From contig NIVC01002189.1 in assembly GCA_002269645.1 (NCBI GenBank), positions 166,925-230,924 of the forward strand: a stretch of DNA of 64,000 nucleotides, given 5' to 3'. Both the position numbers and the translations under genes were made by a program. The stretch's first letter is position 1, and each line of letters begins with the position of its first letter. The notes below the pieces were generated by a model. The model was not told where the DNA came from. It did not search any database and worked only from the letters and a program-made list of their open reading frames with translations. Source of the DNA: Macrostomum lignano. Its lineage: Eukaryota. Below are positions 14,446 to 27,253 of this stretch, piece by piece.

Positions 14446-16280
14446 AGATCGAGACGGAACGTCTACGCGTTGAGCAGGAAAGACTGACGATAGAAAATAA
14501 AAATCGAGGCAATGAGAGCAGTCAACAGCTTAATTTTAATGACATGTGATGCGTCAAAATGGCACTAGGAACGTAATTAAGGAATTCTCTAGGCCTTATT
14601 TGTATATGCGAATGAATAAGGCACCCTTGTTTGAATGTTTTTTAATGTGCCTAAATACAACAGTGGAATCGACCTGTGTCAAAATGGTCATAGCTCATAT
14701 TGCTTGTAATGGTAATGGATAAATGAGCTTAATTTTGTCTTACTTTAATTTAAGAGTGCAACGTGTTTTTTACGAGCTAAGTTCCAATTACGGTAAAATC
14801 AGTTCCAAAAAGACCACTGGCAGAGGAAAAAGTCAGGCATGAATTCTTAAGTTTGATCGCAGCTACTGCGTAAGTTATGACGCATCTGCGAAAGTTTCAC
14901 CGAACGCACTTAAGAACGTTCTGAGACGGTTCTCAACTCTCGTGCGTAAGTTGGATCGTACGACAGAACTTACGAAAGTTTTATAGAACGGGCCCTATGT
15001 CCGCAGTGTAGAAGTTCCGACGTACGATCAAACTTATGCTACGACAGCTTTATAGTACGACCCCTTTGTATGCCTCTCGTAGGCTCCAATCTTAGCTCTA
15101 CCTCCTCCGTAGGCCTCCGCCTCAGTGTTAAGGTGAAACTCCACCCCCTTGCGCCCGCCTCTCCTCCTCCGCGCGCTTCCCCTCCGCCTGGATAGGAATG
15201 TACACAATTGGCCCGGGGGAAGGAATTTCTTGGGTCTTGTACACGCTTGTCCTAATACTTCTGAATATATGCACACGGGTTTTATCTTTACGATCGAATG
15301 AGAAAGAACTGTTTTCCAGAGAGGGCTGTACAACTTTAAGTGGTCTAAGATACTATGTTGGAGGGTAATAGACTAACGCGACAATCTGGTTCTGTTAAGA
15401 GTACTCGTGCGCTAGTTAGTTTATGGCCAACAAATCGCCTTTGACCTTACAGTGACAGGCTAAAATGAGCTAGCAGTCCATGCAGTGATCTAAGTCTCAT
15501 TGTTTCTCAGTACATCAAATCACTATACCAAATAATAACTCTATGGAATATTTTGCAAATATGCTCGTAATACGAGCGTATAGCTAACCACAAACTCAGG
15601 CCAATTAAGAAGCCTTAGAGAACACGCTTCCTTTTAGTAACGTGGAATAACGTACTTTAACTACTATATAATAAAATCAACGATACTTGTTGGGGGAAAG
15701 CAAAGTTTTTCTTTGTCTTGCTAACACATTTCATATTTGAAAATAGGATTTTGAATCTTTATAGAATTATTTTTTATATCCGAAATTCAGAAAATACGCT
15801 GTCAAATACCATTGGATCCTTAGAGCGTCGATTAGCAGCTCTGTGGTGTACATACTTTGTTACTTTTACTAGAACTTCCACTATAATTGTAAGAAACATT
15901 GTAAAAGAGCGTGAATTCCTATTGTGACCCAATAGTTATGTTGGGTCAAAAGAAAATTTTCGCATAATTTTTTACCCTCTTGGGACGCTACAAATCATTA
16001 CATAGCTCGTGTTTGATTTAAAATATGAAAAAATGACCTTGATTTTTGAAAAGAGAATTGAAAGACGGTTCCAATGAATATTTTTTCATTTCTAAGGCTT
16101 TCATTTTTTGGTGTGTTGGGACGCACTTGTTGGGCCTGGCCCAACACTTTTTTGGTCCTAATAGCACGGGTCACTTTATACACGCACACACACACACACA
16201 CTGATTTTTGGCCTGACGAAGAGAACGGAGGCTTGAAACCGGTAGACTATATTCGAAAAAAATTTTTAACACGCCGTGAC

Positions 16281-16282
16281 CT

Positions 16283-16359
<77 letters not shown>
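16281..16359. repeat. (CT)n microsatellite; short (CA)n just upstream near 16182-16200
   Basis: Direct reading. Confidence 0.95.
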
Positions 16360-17470
16360 ACCTCTTTCCCCACCTCTGTAGACGCTCATAGAGCTGTTGT
16401 TCACGACCAGCTTGTGAAAGACCTCTCGCTGAGCTAGCTCTGGTTTGAGCTGTTTGGTTGTAAAATTGCATGCGCTTTCCATGACGAGCGAGCGACGTGG
16501 CGCAGAGGGCGGCGCGCAGATGAATAAGCTGGTGAGCAAACCCCCCACCCCACGTAGGGGTACAGAGGACAGCGCACAAAAGCGCACAATGTACAGCGCG
16601 AGGAGGGGTGGATGGCTAACACCCATTTCACTCCAGGCTCACAAAGGAGCCCTAAGAGAAATGGAGGCATTGGCTCGGATATGAATACATACAAGTCTAT
16701 ATAAATTCGTCTCCCTTTGGCGCCCCAGACACTCATTTTGCGCCTCAGACACACATTTTTGCGCCTCAGACACATATTTTTGCGCCTCAGACACTCATTT
16801 TGGCGCCTCAGGCATTCAGGCAATTAAGGTAGGGCGGAGGGACAAAGCATTGGCATTTCCCCCTTGGTGGCGACGTGTCTGTTATTTTTTATGCGTAAAA
16901 GACGGAAATGCATAACATGGATGGGTGTACATACACTCAGCAACATGTTAGTTTCCACCCCAGTGTTGTCAACAAGTAGGCAGCTTTAACCCAACTCTAG
17001 CCATCACTCTCCACTCCTCACCAGCCTAAGCTGGGGCCTTGTCCGCGAATTGCATCACCCGACAGTTAAAACGAGAACCGCTGGGTGTTGCGAATTGCGT
17101 CACTCGGGGCTGAGATCTGGGAAAAATTGGCCACTGGTTTTTTAGAGTGGAAACTTTGGAGTGGAAATGCAATGCTCTTTGCTATCTCATCTAGCTTATT
17201 AGTGATAAACGGCCGTTTGGGATAGCAATCGGCCGATAGCCGATCGGCAGGGCAGAGACAGGGCTTGGTGAGGCTCACTATGCAATCGACTGACGGATGC
17301 TTTACACGAACTTTATACCGCCTCCATTTCAGGCGTCTGAGCGTAGCCGAGAACAAGCTGCTCCCCCCAGCCAACTCAGACTGTGTGAGCACAGAAAAAA
17401 GCGATAATTGAACAGAGCGTTGGAATCGAGCCCAAGGGCTGCCTAAAGACCAGACAAAAGAGGCAGCTCG

Positions 17471-20400
17471 ATGACAAAGCAAGAGCTGTTCTTTCGAACA
17501 CTACTTGTATTCGGTGTCGTCTTTGTAAGTCACAGCTGTTACTTTTTACCTCATTTCGGACTTTGGTGTCTGTCTAAGCATTAATTGTTAATCATTGAGT
17601 GTAAGTCAGAGCAAGCACAAAGCAAATGCAATCCTCTGAAGCTCTCACGAGGCACAGGAGATGAAAAGTTACGAAGATTTTGTTCCGACCTTCCAATTAA
17701 CATCTGCTTCTCTGCATGTTGTGGAGCGGCGAAAAGCACAATATTAAAAGTGCACATTTAGCTTAGTTTGTTACGTTAAATATATTTATATATATTCGGA
17801 AACGGAAACTGCCGAGTGTAGTTGATATAGGAGCCAAAAAGGTTATTCAACTTAACAATTATATTTGCTAACTAACTAAATAAATCTTAAATTCTTTCTT
17901 CCACCGATATTTAGCAACTTATTACAGCATTGATTAATTACTCTGACGTACAAGGCTGTAGGGTAGGCACAAAACCAAAAACAAAACACAAGGCTAGCGC
18001 GGACTCGCTACGAGCACGTAGTTTAGACTAGAGTCTTAAGGCCGGCTCACATTACCGCTACCAATGTACAGTTGGTTGGCATGCCTAGTCTATGGTAGCT
18101 GTTGCTAGCTGGAGCTATTCTGCATAGTCTATGGTAGCTGTTGCTAGCTGGAGCTATTCTGCATAGTCTATGGTAGCTGCTGCTAGCTGGTGCTATTCGG
18201 CATAGTCTATGGTAGCTGCTGCTAGCTGGTGCTATTCGGCATAGTCTATGGTAGCTGCTGCTAGCTGGTGCTATTCTGCATAGTCTATGGTAGCTGCTGC
18301 TAGCTGGTGCTATTCGGCATAGTCTATGGTAGCTGCTGCTAGCTGGTGCTATTCTGCATAGTCTATGGTAGCTGCTGCTAGCTGGTGCTATTCTGCATAG
18401 TCTATGGTAGCTGCTGCTAGCTGGTGCTATTCGGCATAGTCTATGGTAGCTGCTGCTAGCTGGTGCTATTCTGCATAGTCTATGGTAGCTGCTGCTAGCT
18501 GGTGCTATTCTGCATAGTCTATGGTAGCTGCTGCTAGCTGGTGCTATTCGGCATAGTCTATGGTAGCTGCTGCTAGCTGGTGCTATTCTGCATAGTCTGC
18601 TCGTACTGCATAATTTCTCAAAGCAGCGATTTTCTCCCGACTATCTAGGTAGGGATCGGCAAACTATTTTACCTTAAGGGCCAGATAGAGAACCTTGCAC
18701 CGGCCCAGAAGAGGAGGAGAGAGGAGAGAGGAGAGAAGAGAGAAGAGAGAAGAGAGAAGAGAGAAGAGAGAAGAGAGAAGAGAGAAGAGAGAAGAGAGAA
18801 GAGAGAAGAGAGAAGAGAGGAGAGAGAAGAGAGAAGAGAGGAGAGAGAAGAGAGAAGAGAGGAGAGAGAAGAGAGAAGAGAGAAGAGAGAAGAGAGAAGA
18901 GAGGAGAGAGGACAGAGAAGAGAGCAGAGAGGACAGAGAAGAGAGCAGTGAGGAGAAAAAGAATGTTTAGCGATTTTCTAGACACCTGTTATCTTATGCC
19001 TTCAGACAGTGGAGGAAAAAACGACAGCACCGAAGATGCTTTTTGTCGTCACATTTTAGATATAAAACCAGCAGTGCCTCTTTGGGCCTCAAGATCGTGT
19101 GCGTTCTCTACAACTTCATCCCCTGCCACCGATGGTGTTGGATACCGCTTAGTTAGCGGGTTTACACAACAGCGCATGCAATCAAATCAGAAATAGACCT
19201 GCCCATTACTACGGGGCGAGGGTTAGGTGGTTAGCTGGTCGGGGTTGGCCATCAGTCCCGGACGTGCCAGCTGCTCCTCTCAAGGAGCGGCCTCCGCGCC
19301 GGGCTCATTTAGAATCCTCCGGCCGGCCGTGTCGGCCTGTCAACCGTCTGGGTCAACTTTCCGCCTCGCCTTTGAGTCTAAAATGAATGGGAACTGCTGT
19401 AGCCTTTCCATGCGCTGCTTGTACTATTGTAGACCCTATGAGCTGCATAGAATGCCGCCATATTTCCGAAGTGCGGCTGCGCCTAAAACGCGTAATTTGC
19501 ATTTTTTCGATGTAGCATAAGAGTTTACGGTCCCACGCGCATGTTCTTCAGTGTTTCAAATAAAAAGGAGAGACAGTGGAGGCGCTCGCTTCACTTTTCT
19601 CTCGCCCGCATTTGCGGGCCTAAAGGCATGGCCACTGACCGTGCTTCGAGTTCAATTCTTTGTTATCCGACGTGAGCAGAAGGTGCAGGCAGGACGCAAA
19701 ATCCTACCTGTTACAATGGTTCCCTGACCTCGTGAGTCTGCTGGACGAAATTCCTGTCACGAAGGATAACAGAGGGTTGAATAGAAGCCAGTTGACGGAC
19801 AGCACAACATCAACAAATCAGGATCCGGCGACCAGAGGACATCTTGCGTCGTTGGTGTGCTTGACGGCATTAAGTCGGAACGGTGGTTCAGTTCAACTGC
19901 CACCACGGTGCAGCCGCAGCCCCAGCTGACGCGTGTTCAACAGCCGTTCGGATGGATCGACAAGAAGAGTCAGCCCCGACGTCACTGTCTCGGCGACCGG
20001 CATGCAGATCAATTTTCCTGCCCTGAGAGGCGATCCGTCTCAAAAGCGGAGCAGTGTTTCGGTCCAAAGGCCAAGAGTCGTCTCTCCACAGCAAGAAGTC
20101 TGTGAGGGAAATTTGCGGTGCATCCGGAAAGAAGACCGGAGCACGATCGATGCATGCAATGGACATGCCAGTCAAGCTACTTAAGATAGCTCACGAGGAC
20201 TGCATGCCCGCGTTTCCGAGGTGGCGGACTTCGATGCTGACCCCCTTAGAGCAGCGCGTATTGAGGAATGGTGCGACCCGGCTGGAGGAGTTCAACATTA
20301 CTATACTAATGGCTGGTATTTTCAAGTACGGTTCAACTTTCAACAATACTTCGGGGTGTCGAAGTTTTTTGAACCACGGAGGGATATGAGCTGCATAAAA

Positions 20401-23400
20401 TGCCGCCATATTTCCGAAGCGCGACTGCGCCTAAAACTTGCTGCGTAATCTGCATTTTTTCTATGTCCCCCACAAGAGTTGTGGGGCATAAGAGTTTACG
20501 TTAACACGCGCAAGTTCTTCAGTGTTTCAAATAAAAAGGAGAGACAGTGGAGGCGCTCGCTTCACTTTTCTCTCGCCCGCATTTGCGGGCCTAAAGGCAT
20601 GGCCATTGCCTCGGCTGGGCTGTAGACCGCAGCAGCCTGGGCCCAGAAATACCGTGCTTCGAGTTCAATTCTTTGTTATCCGACGTGAGCAGAAGGTGCA
20701 GGCCGGACGCAAAATCCTACCTGTTACAGACCCTGCCTGTTTACCCAGCTCTATTGTTCTAGCTTAATTTCTAAGCCCTGAGGGAGAGAGGAGAAGCAGG
20801 GGAGAAAAAGAGAGGAGAGGAGAGGAGAGAGAAAAGGTAGAGCGGAGGTGAGAGAGAACATAACTGAGAAGCGAATTCCGCAATCTGTACTTCTATACTT
20901 CTCACCTCGACTTCCGCAATCTCCCAGGCCGCATGGAAAACTGTCGGCTGGTACTGGTCCGGCAGTCAGAAAATGTCCAGGTCAGTTATTTTGAATCAAG
21001 TGCCTTCTGTTGTGCAGCGGCTGCTGAACCGTGAGCCAAAGAAGCCGCCAACACAGCAGGCTTTGAATCTGTCTCCAACTTCGCTAAAGCTAGTGACGCT
21101 AACTGCCAGAACTACACCTACAACTCAGAGTACGCGAACAACCACAAGAGCTGCAGTCGCGCCCACAAAGAAAGCTGCACCAGCGTTCAATTCGTCTGCT
21201 CGCATACCGCGAATTCTGCACCAGGCGTTTGCATCCGAGATGGTCTACGAAAACTACCTGCCTTACATTAACGGCTGCATGTCGCTGAACCCGGACTGGA
21301 CATATTACCTGTGGCGGGACAGCGACGCGGAGGCGCTGATCAGCTCCGCCTACCCGGAGTTTCTCGCCAAGTACAAAAAATACTCTGACGTGCTGGAGCG
21401 GGCCGACTCTATTCGGTACATTGTTCTGCACCACTTTGGCGGTGAGCGGCTTTGAGGACTTGTTGTTCACCCTGAGCTTTGAGTGCCGAATCGAAGCTGA
21501 ATCATGCTTAATATAGATGCAAAATCGGTCAAATTGGATTGAAAGAAAATACGAGCTATAGCATTTCCCGTATCGACGCACATGAAGTAAAGAAAGAAGC
21601 ACTCAAGTTCTGCAGGTTGTAAAGAGCAGGCACTATGGGGTGGCAACCAATTTTCTTTCAGCAGGGTGATCTGTACCTCAGCTCGGTGGACTACTCTCTC
21701 ATTACCTGCCTATTATGCTGTGTTACTAACCGTGGTGGTAAATGCGCAATTTGCGCTTTTTTCTAGCGACCCCTGTAGGTTTTGATAAGGGCCCTGCAAT
21801 CTCAATCGGCTCCCAGGAGTGACATCAGACGTTTTTGTTAAATTGCATCATAGCTCTATGGCTCTTTGACAGTCGCAAATTACAATGCTTCAGGTGTAAA
21901 CGCATAACAACAACAACAACAACAATAACAACAATAAAGTTCGTTGTCAGCCGGTTATGCGAGTCATGAGAGGCAAATCAAATGTATGCATTCACATCTA
22001 CATAAACTTAAATTTTTGTAAAACCGGACACCTAGACTAAGCTTATTTTAGCATAAGCCTAAATGTGACAACAAGTCTGTCAAATGGGGTCGGTCGTCCC
22101 TCAGTGGCAGACATGCATCATTAGGTTTCGTTTTTTTCAGGATCTATTTCAGAGAAAGAATATTTCTGCTATTTGCAGGAATTTACCTGGATATGGACGT
22201 ACAGTGCGTCAGACCATTCTTCCCGGCATTGGAGAATCTTAACAGCTTCTTGGACCAGGAGCGAATCGAGCAGACGAACATCTTATGGGGCTGGCCGTTT
22301 GGCGTGATGAACTCAGGGATGGGCTCCGCTCCCGGCCATCCGTTCTTCCGCGAGGTGATCGACGAAATGTTGCGCGAGTCTCGGATTGGCAACGCGTTCA
22401 CCAGCACGGGCCCGACCATCCTCACCCAGGTGTACAAGCGATACACGGCTGCCAAGCATGCGGTGCCGGTCACTATGCTGGAGCCGAAGGTGATGTCGCC
22501 CCTCATGGATGGCAACAAGAACTGGCGCAGCATGTGCGGCTCATTAGGTGAGACCTGTTTTAATTAATTATGCATCGAGTTCTAGGCTGGGGAAATTACT
22601 GGTGACAAAAATTTGCGCAGAGCTCTCAAAACTCGGACTGCTGCTCAAATGTTTTAGTTTTCTATGAATATTTTTTCGTCTCTCATATTGTGACGTTGTT
22701 TCCAATTGTCTATGCTTCTAATCCAATTAAATAAGCCGAAGTTTCGATATGTTTCTCTCGATCTTAGCCTTCAATACGGATGTTTATTTCTAACTGCAAT
22801 TCCTGATGATTTCAGTTTGAGATGGATAATCAACACGCAATTGTTTTAAACAATTCAGAGAAATGAAGAGGGGTTACTAATCCATATTAGTGTACTTCGA
22901 TCTTGATGTCTCCAGATGGTCTCTTCGTTGGATCGGGATGCTGGAGTCTTGGGCTCGATTCAAAGGAAGAGGTTTCCGTGTCAGTCTTTTGATTCTAGGT
23001 GGGGTTTGATGATAACTCTGGATATTCGTCTGAGCATGCTAGTTTGGACTAGCGAAGGAGCGAAGGAGCGACGGAAGAGGGCGGAGTAGGAGTAGCAGGA
23101 GCGGAAAAGGAGGCGAGAGATTCATTCTCAGTGAACGCTGGAATATACATGTTTCTATAACGCTTTTTATTGGTGTTCGCGTCACGCAATAGGATATTTA
23201 ATGCCGCACAAGCATGTGCTGTACTTTCCTTCTAAAGTTCACATTAGACTGCAAATTAGCATTGAGCACCACATGTTTCAATTAAGATCACTTACTTTCA
23301 CTGTGACTTAATTTATAGTCGTCCAGCGTTTGGGCTTTTTGTGAATTTTGGCTCTCTTCTGACTGAATCTTATCGCTGCAATGCTCAATAACAACAATAT

Positions 23401-26400
23401 CGGTACTGAGGATGGATTGATCGGTCGCGAATTAGCCTCTAAAGGTATACTTTTTTCAATATCTCGTTCTTGCATTGCCGAAGCTTTCATTTTGAAGCCT
23501 TTAGGTGTCAGCAGCGACGAGCAGTGCTCGATTGTGATCTAGGGGGGAACGAGTACAGTCTCGGCCGCTTGGCTGTGACTCTCAGTAATAGCAAGCGGAA
23601 ATATGAATTTCGATTTTTTCCAAACCCTTATTTTTACTCTCTCACTGGGTGACGAGATGCGCTAATCTGCTTTCAAAACTTAAAGGTTCGTGCTTAAGGC
23701 TCGATAGGCACAGATAGCTGTAGGCATGCCCTTGCTTCTATTTTTAAAAGCAGCTAGACAACACTTCGTTGACCCTAGCAGATCCTGTGAGCAGGCGTCT
23801 ACTCAACAGCGAATTAAAACGTGATGTGAAATGACACGCGCAGACACGCGCAGAAAACTTTTTACCGACGATTTTCGGCTTGAAAATGTTGCAAGGGGAA
23901 CAGTTAACCATCGAGCCTATGCTCAGTTTTACACGTTTTACGAGGACCCAGCACAGGTGCGAATAATGCTTCATCTGGTAGAGTACTTCTCTGCAAAACA
24001 ATCGATGAACAGCGGACGGCTGGGGAGAGAGAAGCAGGATCTAACGCAGGCAGTAGTCGCTATCTCTCGCGTTATTATTTTTCCCTACTGAGCGGCCGTC
24101 GCCCGGGCTGGCTGCTCGGGTCTCTTCTCAAGATACGAGTACTTATAAACGCAGTACAGTGCTTGGCTGGAGAGAGAATTTACTAGCTGGTACTACTAAG
24201 TTAGAATCGATTGCATAGTTCTAATCCAATTCTAATTAATAATTCAATTTTATGCCCCTGCTTTCCAGCTGCAGCCAAATCGAAGCCGGACTCGCGGCGC
24301 AGCTGGAAAGAGCGCGGCTGCATCATGCTTGAGTCGAAGAACTGGCGCTACGATGACTCGGACAATTCCACAATCTGCGTTCATAGATTCCTTCATCTTG
24401 GCTACGGCTCATTCGCCGCGGTGCGCAAGAAGCCGTTTAACATCACTGCCCGCTTCTGGCCCCGGTTCGAACTTTCAAACGAAGAGGTAAATGACTTAAG
24501 GGTCAACGCTGAGGTGATGCAAGGTGATGCAAGTGCCAAAGTGCACAATGCGAATTCAATGAAAAGCTTTGGAATGTCGAACGAGTAGCTCTTATTATTA
24601 CAATCCATAAATTTAGTTAACAATAATGCCAGTGTTCAGAACATTTCTCCCTCGCAACAAGTGTGTCAAATATTCCTTGTAAACTGTCATTCTGTTTGCT
24701 TTTTAAATCAATATTTCGCTTTTTACTGTTTTTTTCATGGCACCCGTCCCGAATTGACCGAATGGCTTAACACATGGATGTATTACGCTTCAACTCAACG
24801 CATCTATATTATTTACTTAGCATTATTTAGTGAATGAAAGTAACTGCATCGTTTCTACCTGAGAAAATTCCCTGTTTTCCACTTTTCCACCTGTCGGAGT
24901 TTTGCATATTGTTTTATTAATTCCGAACAAAAAAGCCCCATAGACGTGGGACAATAAAACGATTTATTTTGAGTTAAACAAGCGATAAAACCTCTTCAGG
25001 ACTAGGCCTAAATTTTTATCATCTCCGTTTTAGTCTAATAGTAAACAGAGCTTACCATAGACCATTTGGCTTCTGACTGAGCCATAGGTATTTTTTCTCT
25101 CGTTCCGATCGGCATGGCAAGCAATGCTTATCTACAGATTTAGCCGACTAGGGTAGAAAATGAGACAAAACGTACATCTAGTAGTCTGTTACTAGACTGA
25201 AAGCACACTGGTCCCTGTAAAAAAAGGGATGGGCAACACGAACAGTATAAGAAGCGTGCTTTTTCCTAGCCCTTTAACGAACACCTTTCGGCCGCCGCAC
25301 TTACAGTATACAATCCAAGCGTTTCGGACCATCTGCAAGCACAGGTGCAAACCACAGATACTATATAACAGATAGTTTCTGGAAGCCAGCATTCGTGAAT
25401 TCGTGCAGAGCACTGAGATGACCAGAAGGCGACCAGCCGCTGCAGCTTAATTAAGCCTTCGGCCAAGTCAGCCCGCACTTTCCAATGCGGATTGCGGCCC
25501 GAGAAAGTCAGCCAAGACCAACTAAGCGGTGTCGCGTCTGCTACCGAGCTGAAAGAATCATTCGATCAATCTACTGCTGCCCTGCGTGTCCAGGTGAACC
25601 GGGACTGTGTCTGGAGACCTGCTTTCAGCAATGGCATTCTTGAATTTTTGATAGCTTTGGTTCCCGGTGCACGCATGCAGCAGGCAAAATATTTCATGCT
25701 ATATTCCCTTCTATAGGTGTGCCTCGAAGAAAATTGAGAAAATGGGCTTCTCACAGTTAGCTTTTTCTTTCTGAGACTATTATTAAATTAAAATCGGATC
25801 GGCGCTAACTTCTCAAGTTGCTAAGAATGTGCTATAAAAATTTGTTGAATGAATGCCAAAACCTAATCGTTTGTATACTTCCGGATGAAATAATATCTTT
25901 AGAGAGCTGAGAGACAAGTGGAAGTAATTTAATAACGTTTAATTTATTCTGTTTATCAATAAATTCTTGTTTCTTTTTCTTCATTTGGAAATCTTGAGCA
26001 CCTAAACGATCATTAAATTCACTAAATAGATGCATTAAATTCAATCCCAAATATTTTTACAAAGTAACGGAGCTTTTGTCTATGGTAGCAAGGCTGGCAC
26101 AGCAGCATTAATTTGGTCCATAGCGTCAATGAAACGCAATCATGATTTGAGCAGATTTCACTGTACCAATACAAGGTGGCTTCAACAATGCGATCTGCGA
26201 GAGGGCTGGAGAGGGAGAAGTAGGATCTAACAAAAACAGTAGTTGCTCTTTCCGGCGTTATCATTGCATAGTTCTAATCCAATTCTAATTAATAATTCAA
26301 TTTTGTGCCTTCCAGCTGCAGCCAAATCGAAGCCGGACTCGCGGCCCAGCTGGAAAGAGCGCGGCTGCATCATGCTTGAGTCGAAGAACTGGCGCTACGA

Positions 26401-26530
26401 TGACTCGGACAATTCCACAATCTGCGTTCACAGATTCCTTGATCTTGGCTACGACTCATTCGCCAAGGAGCGCAAGAAGCCGTTTAACATCACTGCTCGC
26501 TTCTGGCCCCGGGTTCGAATTTTCAAATGA
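17471..26530 (+). CDS. GT32 glycosyltransferase paralog 2 (type II membrane protein); exons 17471-17524, 20928-21441, 22179-22547, last exon 26316-26530 (alternative copy 24269-24588)
   Basis: MTKQELFFRTLLVFGVVF|AAWKTVGWYW (signal anchor), Thr-rich stem, IPRILHQ...ERADSIRYIVLHHFG|GIYLDMDVQC. All junctions are GT-AG and phase-consistent (0,1,1). Confidence 0.85.
18082..18597. repeat. 39-bp minisatellite, about 13 units (intron 1 of paralog 2)
   Basis: GCATAGTCTATGGTAGCTGCTGCTAGCTGGTGCTATTC(T/G) repeated. Confidence 0.95.
18706..18958. repeat. (GAGAA/GAGGA)n purine microsatellite
   Basis: Direct reading. Confidence 0.95.
19437..20728 (+). mobile_element. Miniature non-autonomous LTR retroelement (TRIM-like)
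   Basis: LTRs 19437-19715 and 20385-20728 (TATGAG...GTTACA); GACCC TSD at 19432-36 and 20729-33; PBS TGGTTCCCTGACC at 19717-29; purine tract GGAGGGA before the 3' LTR; ~670-bp internal region without a recognisable gene. Confidence 0.85.
25461..25643 (+). mobile_element. piggyBac transposase C-terminal cysteine-rich domain remnant
   Basis: Frame absent from the ORF track: HFPMRIAARESQPRPTKRCRVCYRAERIIRSIYCCPACPGEPGLCLETCFQQWHS*, matching the piggyBac CRD pattern CxxC...CxxC...LC...CFxxWH. No TIRs identified. Confidence 0.75.
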
Positions 26531-26899
26531 AGAAGTAAATTTGACAATAATTGCGTGACTGTCAAGTGCTTAAGCTTCTAGTGATGCCATTTCATAACAG
26601 AAAGAAGAAGTGCACAGTGCAAACTCAATGAAACGCGTTGGAATGTCTCGTTTCTCGTGTTGCAATCCATAAATTTAGTGTGCACGTGTATGTACTGCAG
26701 AACAGGAGCAACACTGCCAGTGTTCAGAACATTTTTCCTGTGCGATAAGTGTGTCAAATAGCTCGTACTGCTTGTCGAACGTAAACAGATTTTGCACTTC
26801 TATTGTTTTGTCATTGCACCTTGATCCATTTTTGACCGGATGGCTTAGCATACACATATTACTATTCATCCGCTCAATGCATCTCTACATGCGCTTTGG

Positions 26900-27253
26900 A
26901 TTTCTACAAGAGCGAATCTATCACAGACCTACACCAATCATTGTCTCCGTGCTACGGTTGTCACGACACTAGCAACCAAGGGCATTTCTGTTGGCGACCT
27001 TCAATTTGCTACCGGTCACAAGAGGCCAGAGTCGGTTCAGAGGTACGCAAAGCGGATCTCGCCAGCGAAGAAGCGTCAACTGTCCGATGCTCTGACAATG
27101 GATTCTTCACCGCCTGGTCCAATCGTTAAACGAGTCACGAGCGACGTCCCACTTCAATCGCCTGGTTTTAGCGTTGAGCGTGGCGACCTAAAAGTATCTG
27201 CTGTTGACTGCGAACAAAGGACTTTAATGGAGTTCTGCCGACTGCAGTGCTAG
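26900..27253 (+). mobile_element. Crypton-type tyrosine recombinase 3' fragment (insertion ~26900-27530)
   Basis: ISTRANLSQTYTNHCLRATVVTTLATKGISVGDLQFATGHKRPESVQRYAKRISPAKKRQLSDAL...*: HxxR, TGH and catalytic Tyr of the YR fold. Absent at the matching position in duplication copy A (~2530). Confidence 0.85.

Larger units (their letters stand above)
11939..14995. mobile_element. PIF/Harbinger DNA transposon, near full length
   Basis: TIR GGGCCCGTTCTATAAA at 11939 and its reverse complement ending 14995; TAT flanks both ends (11936-38, 14996-98, 3-bp TSD). 18-bp subterminal inverted match 12081-12098/14890-14907. Two divergent ORFs. Confidence 0.93.

Noticed and set aside
17066-17482. 138-aa minus-strand ORF
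   Set aside because: No recognisable motif; overlaps the first exon and upstream region of GT32 paralog 2 on the other strand.
18082-18985. CRISPR-like appearance and ERREKR/SLLSSLF ORFs
   Set aside because: Head-to-tail repeats with no unique spacers, no cas genes, eukaryotic context; the ORFs are microsatellite translations.
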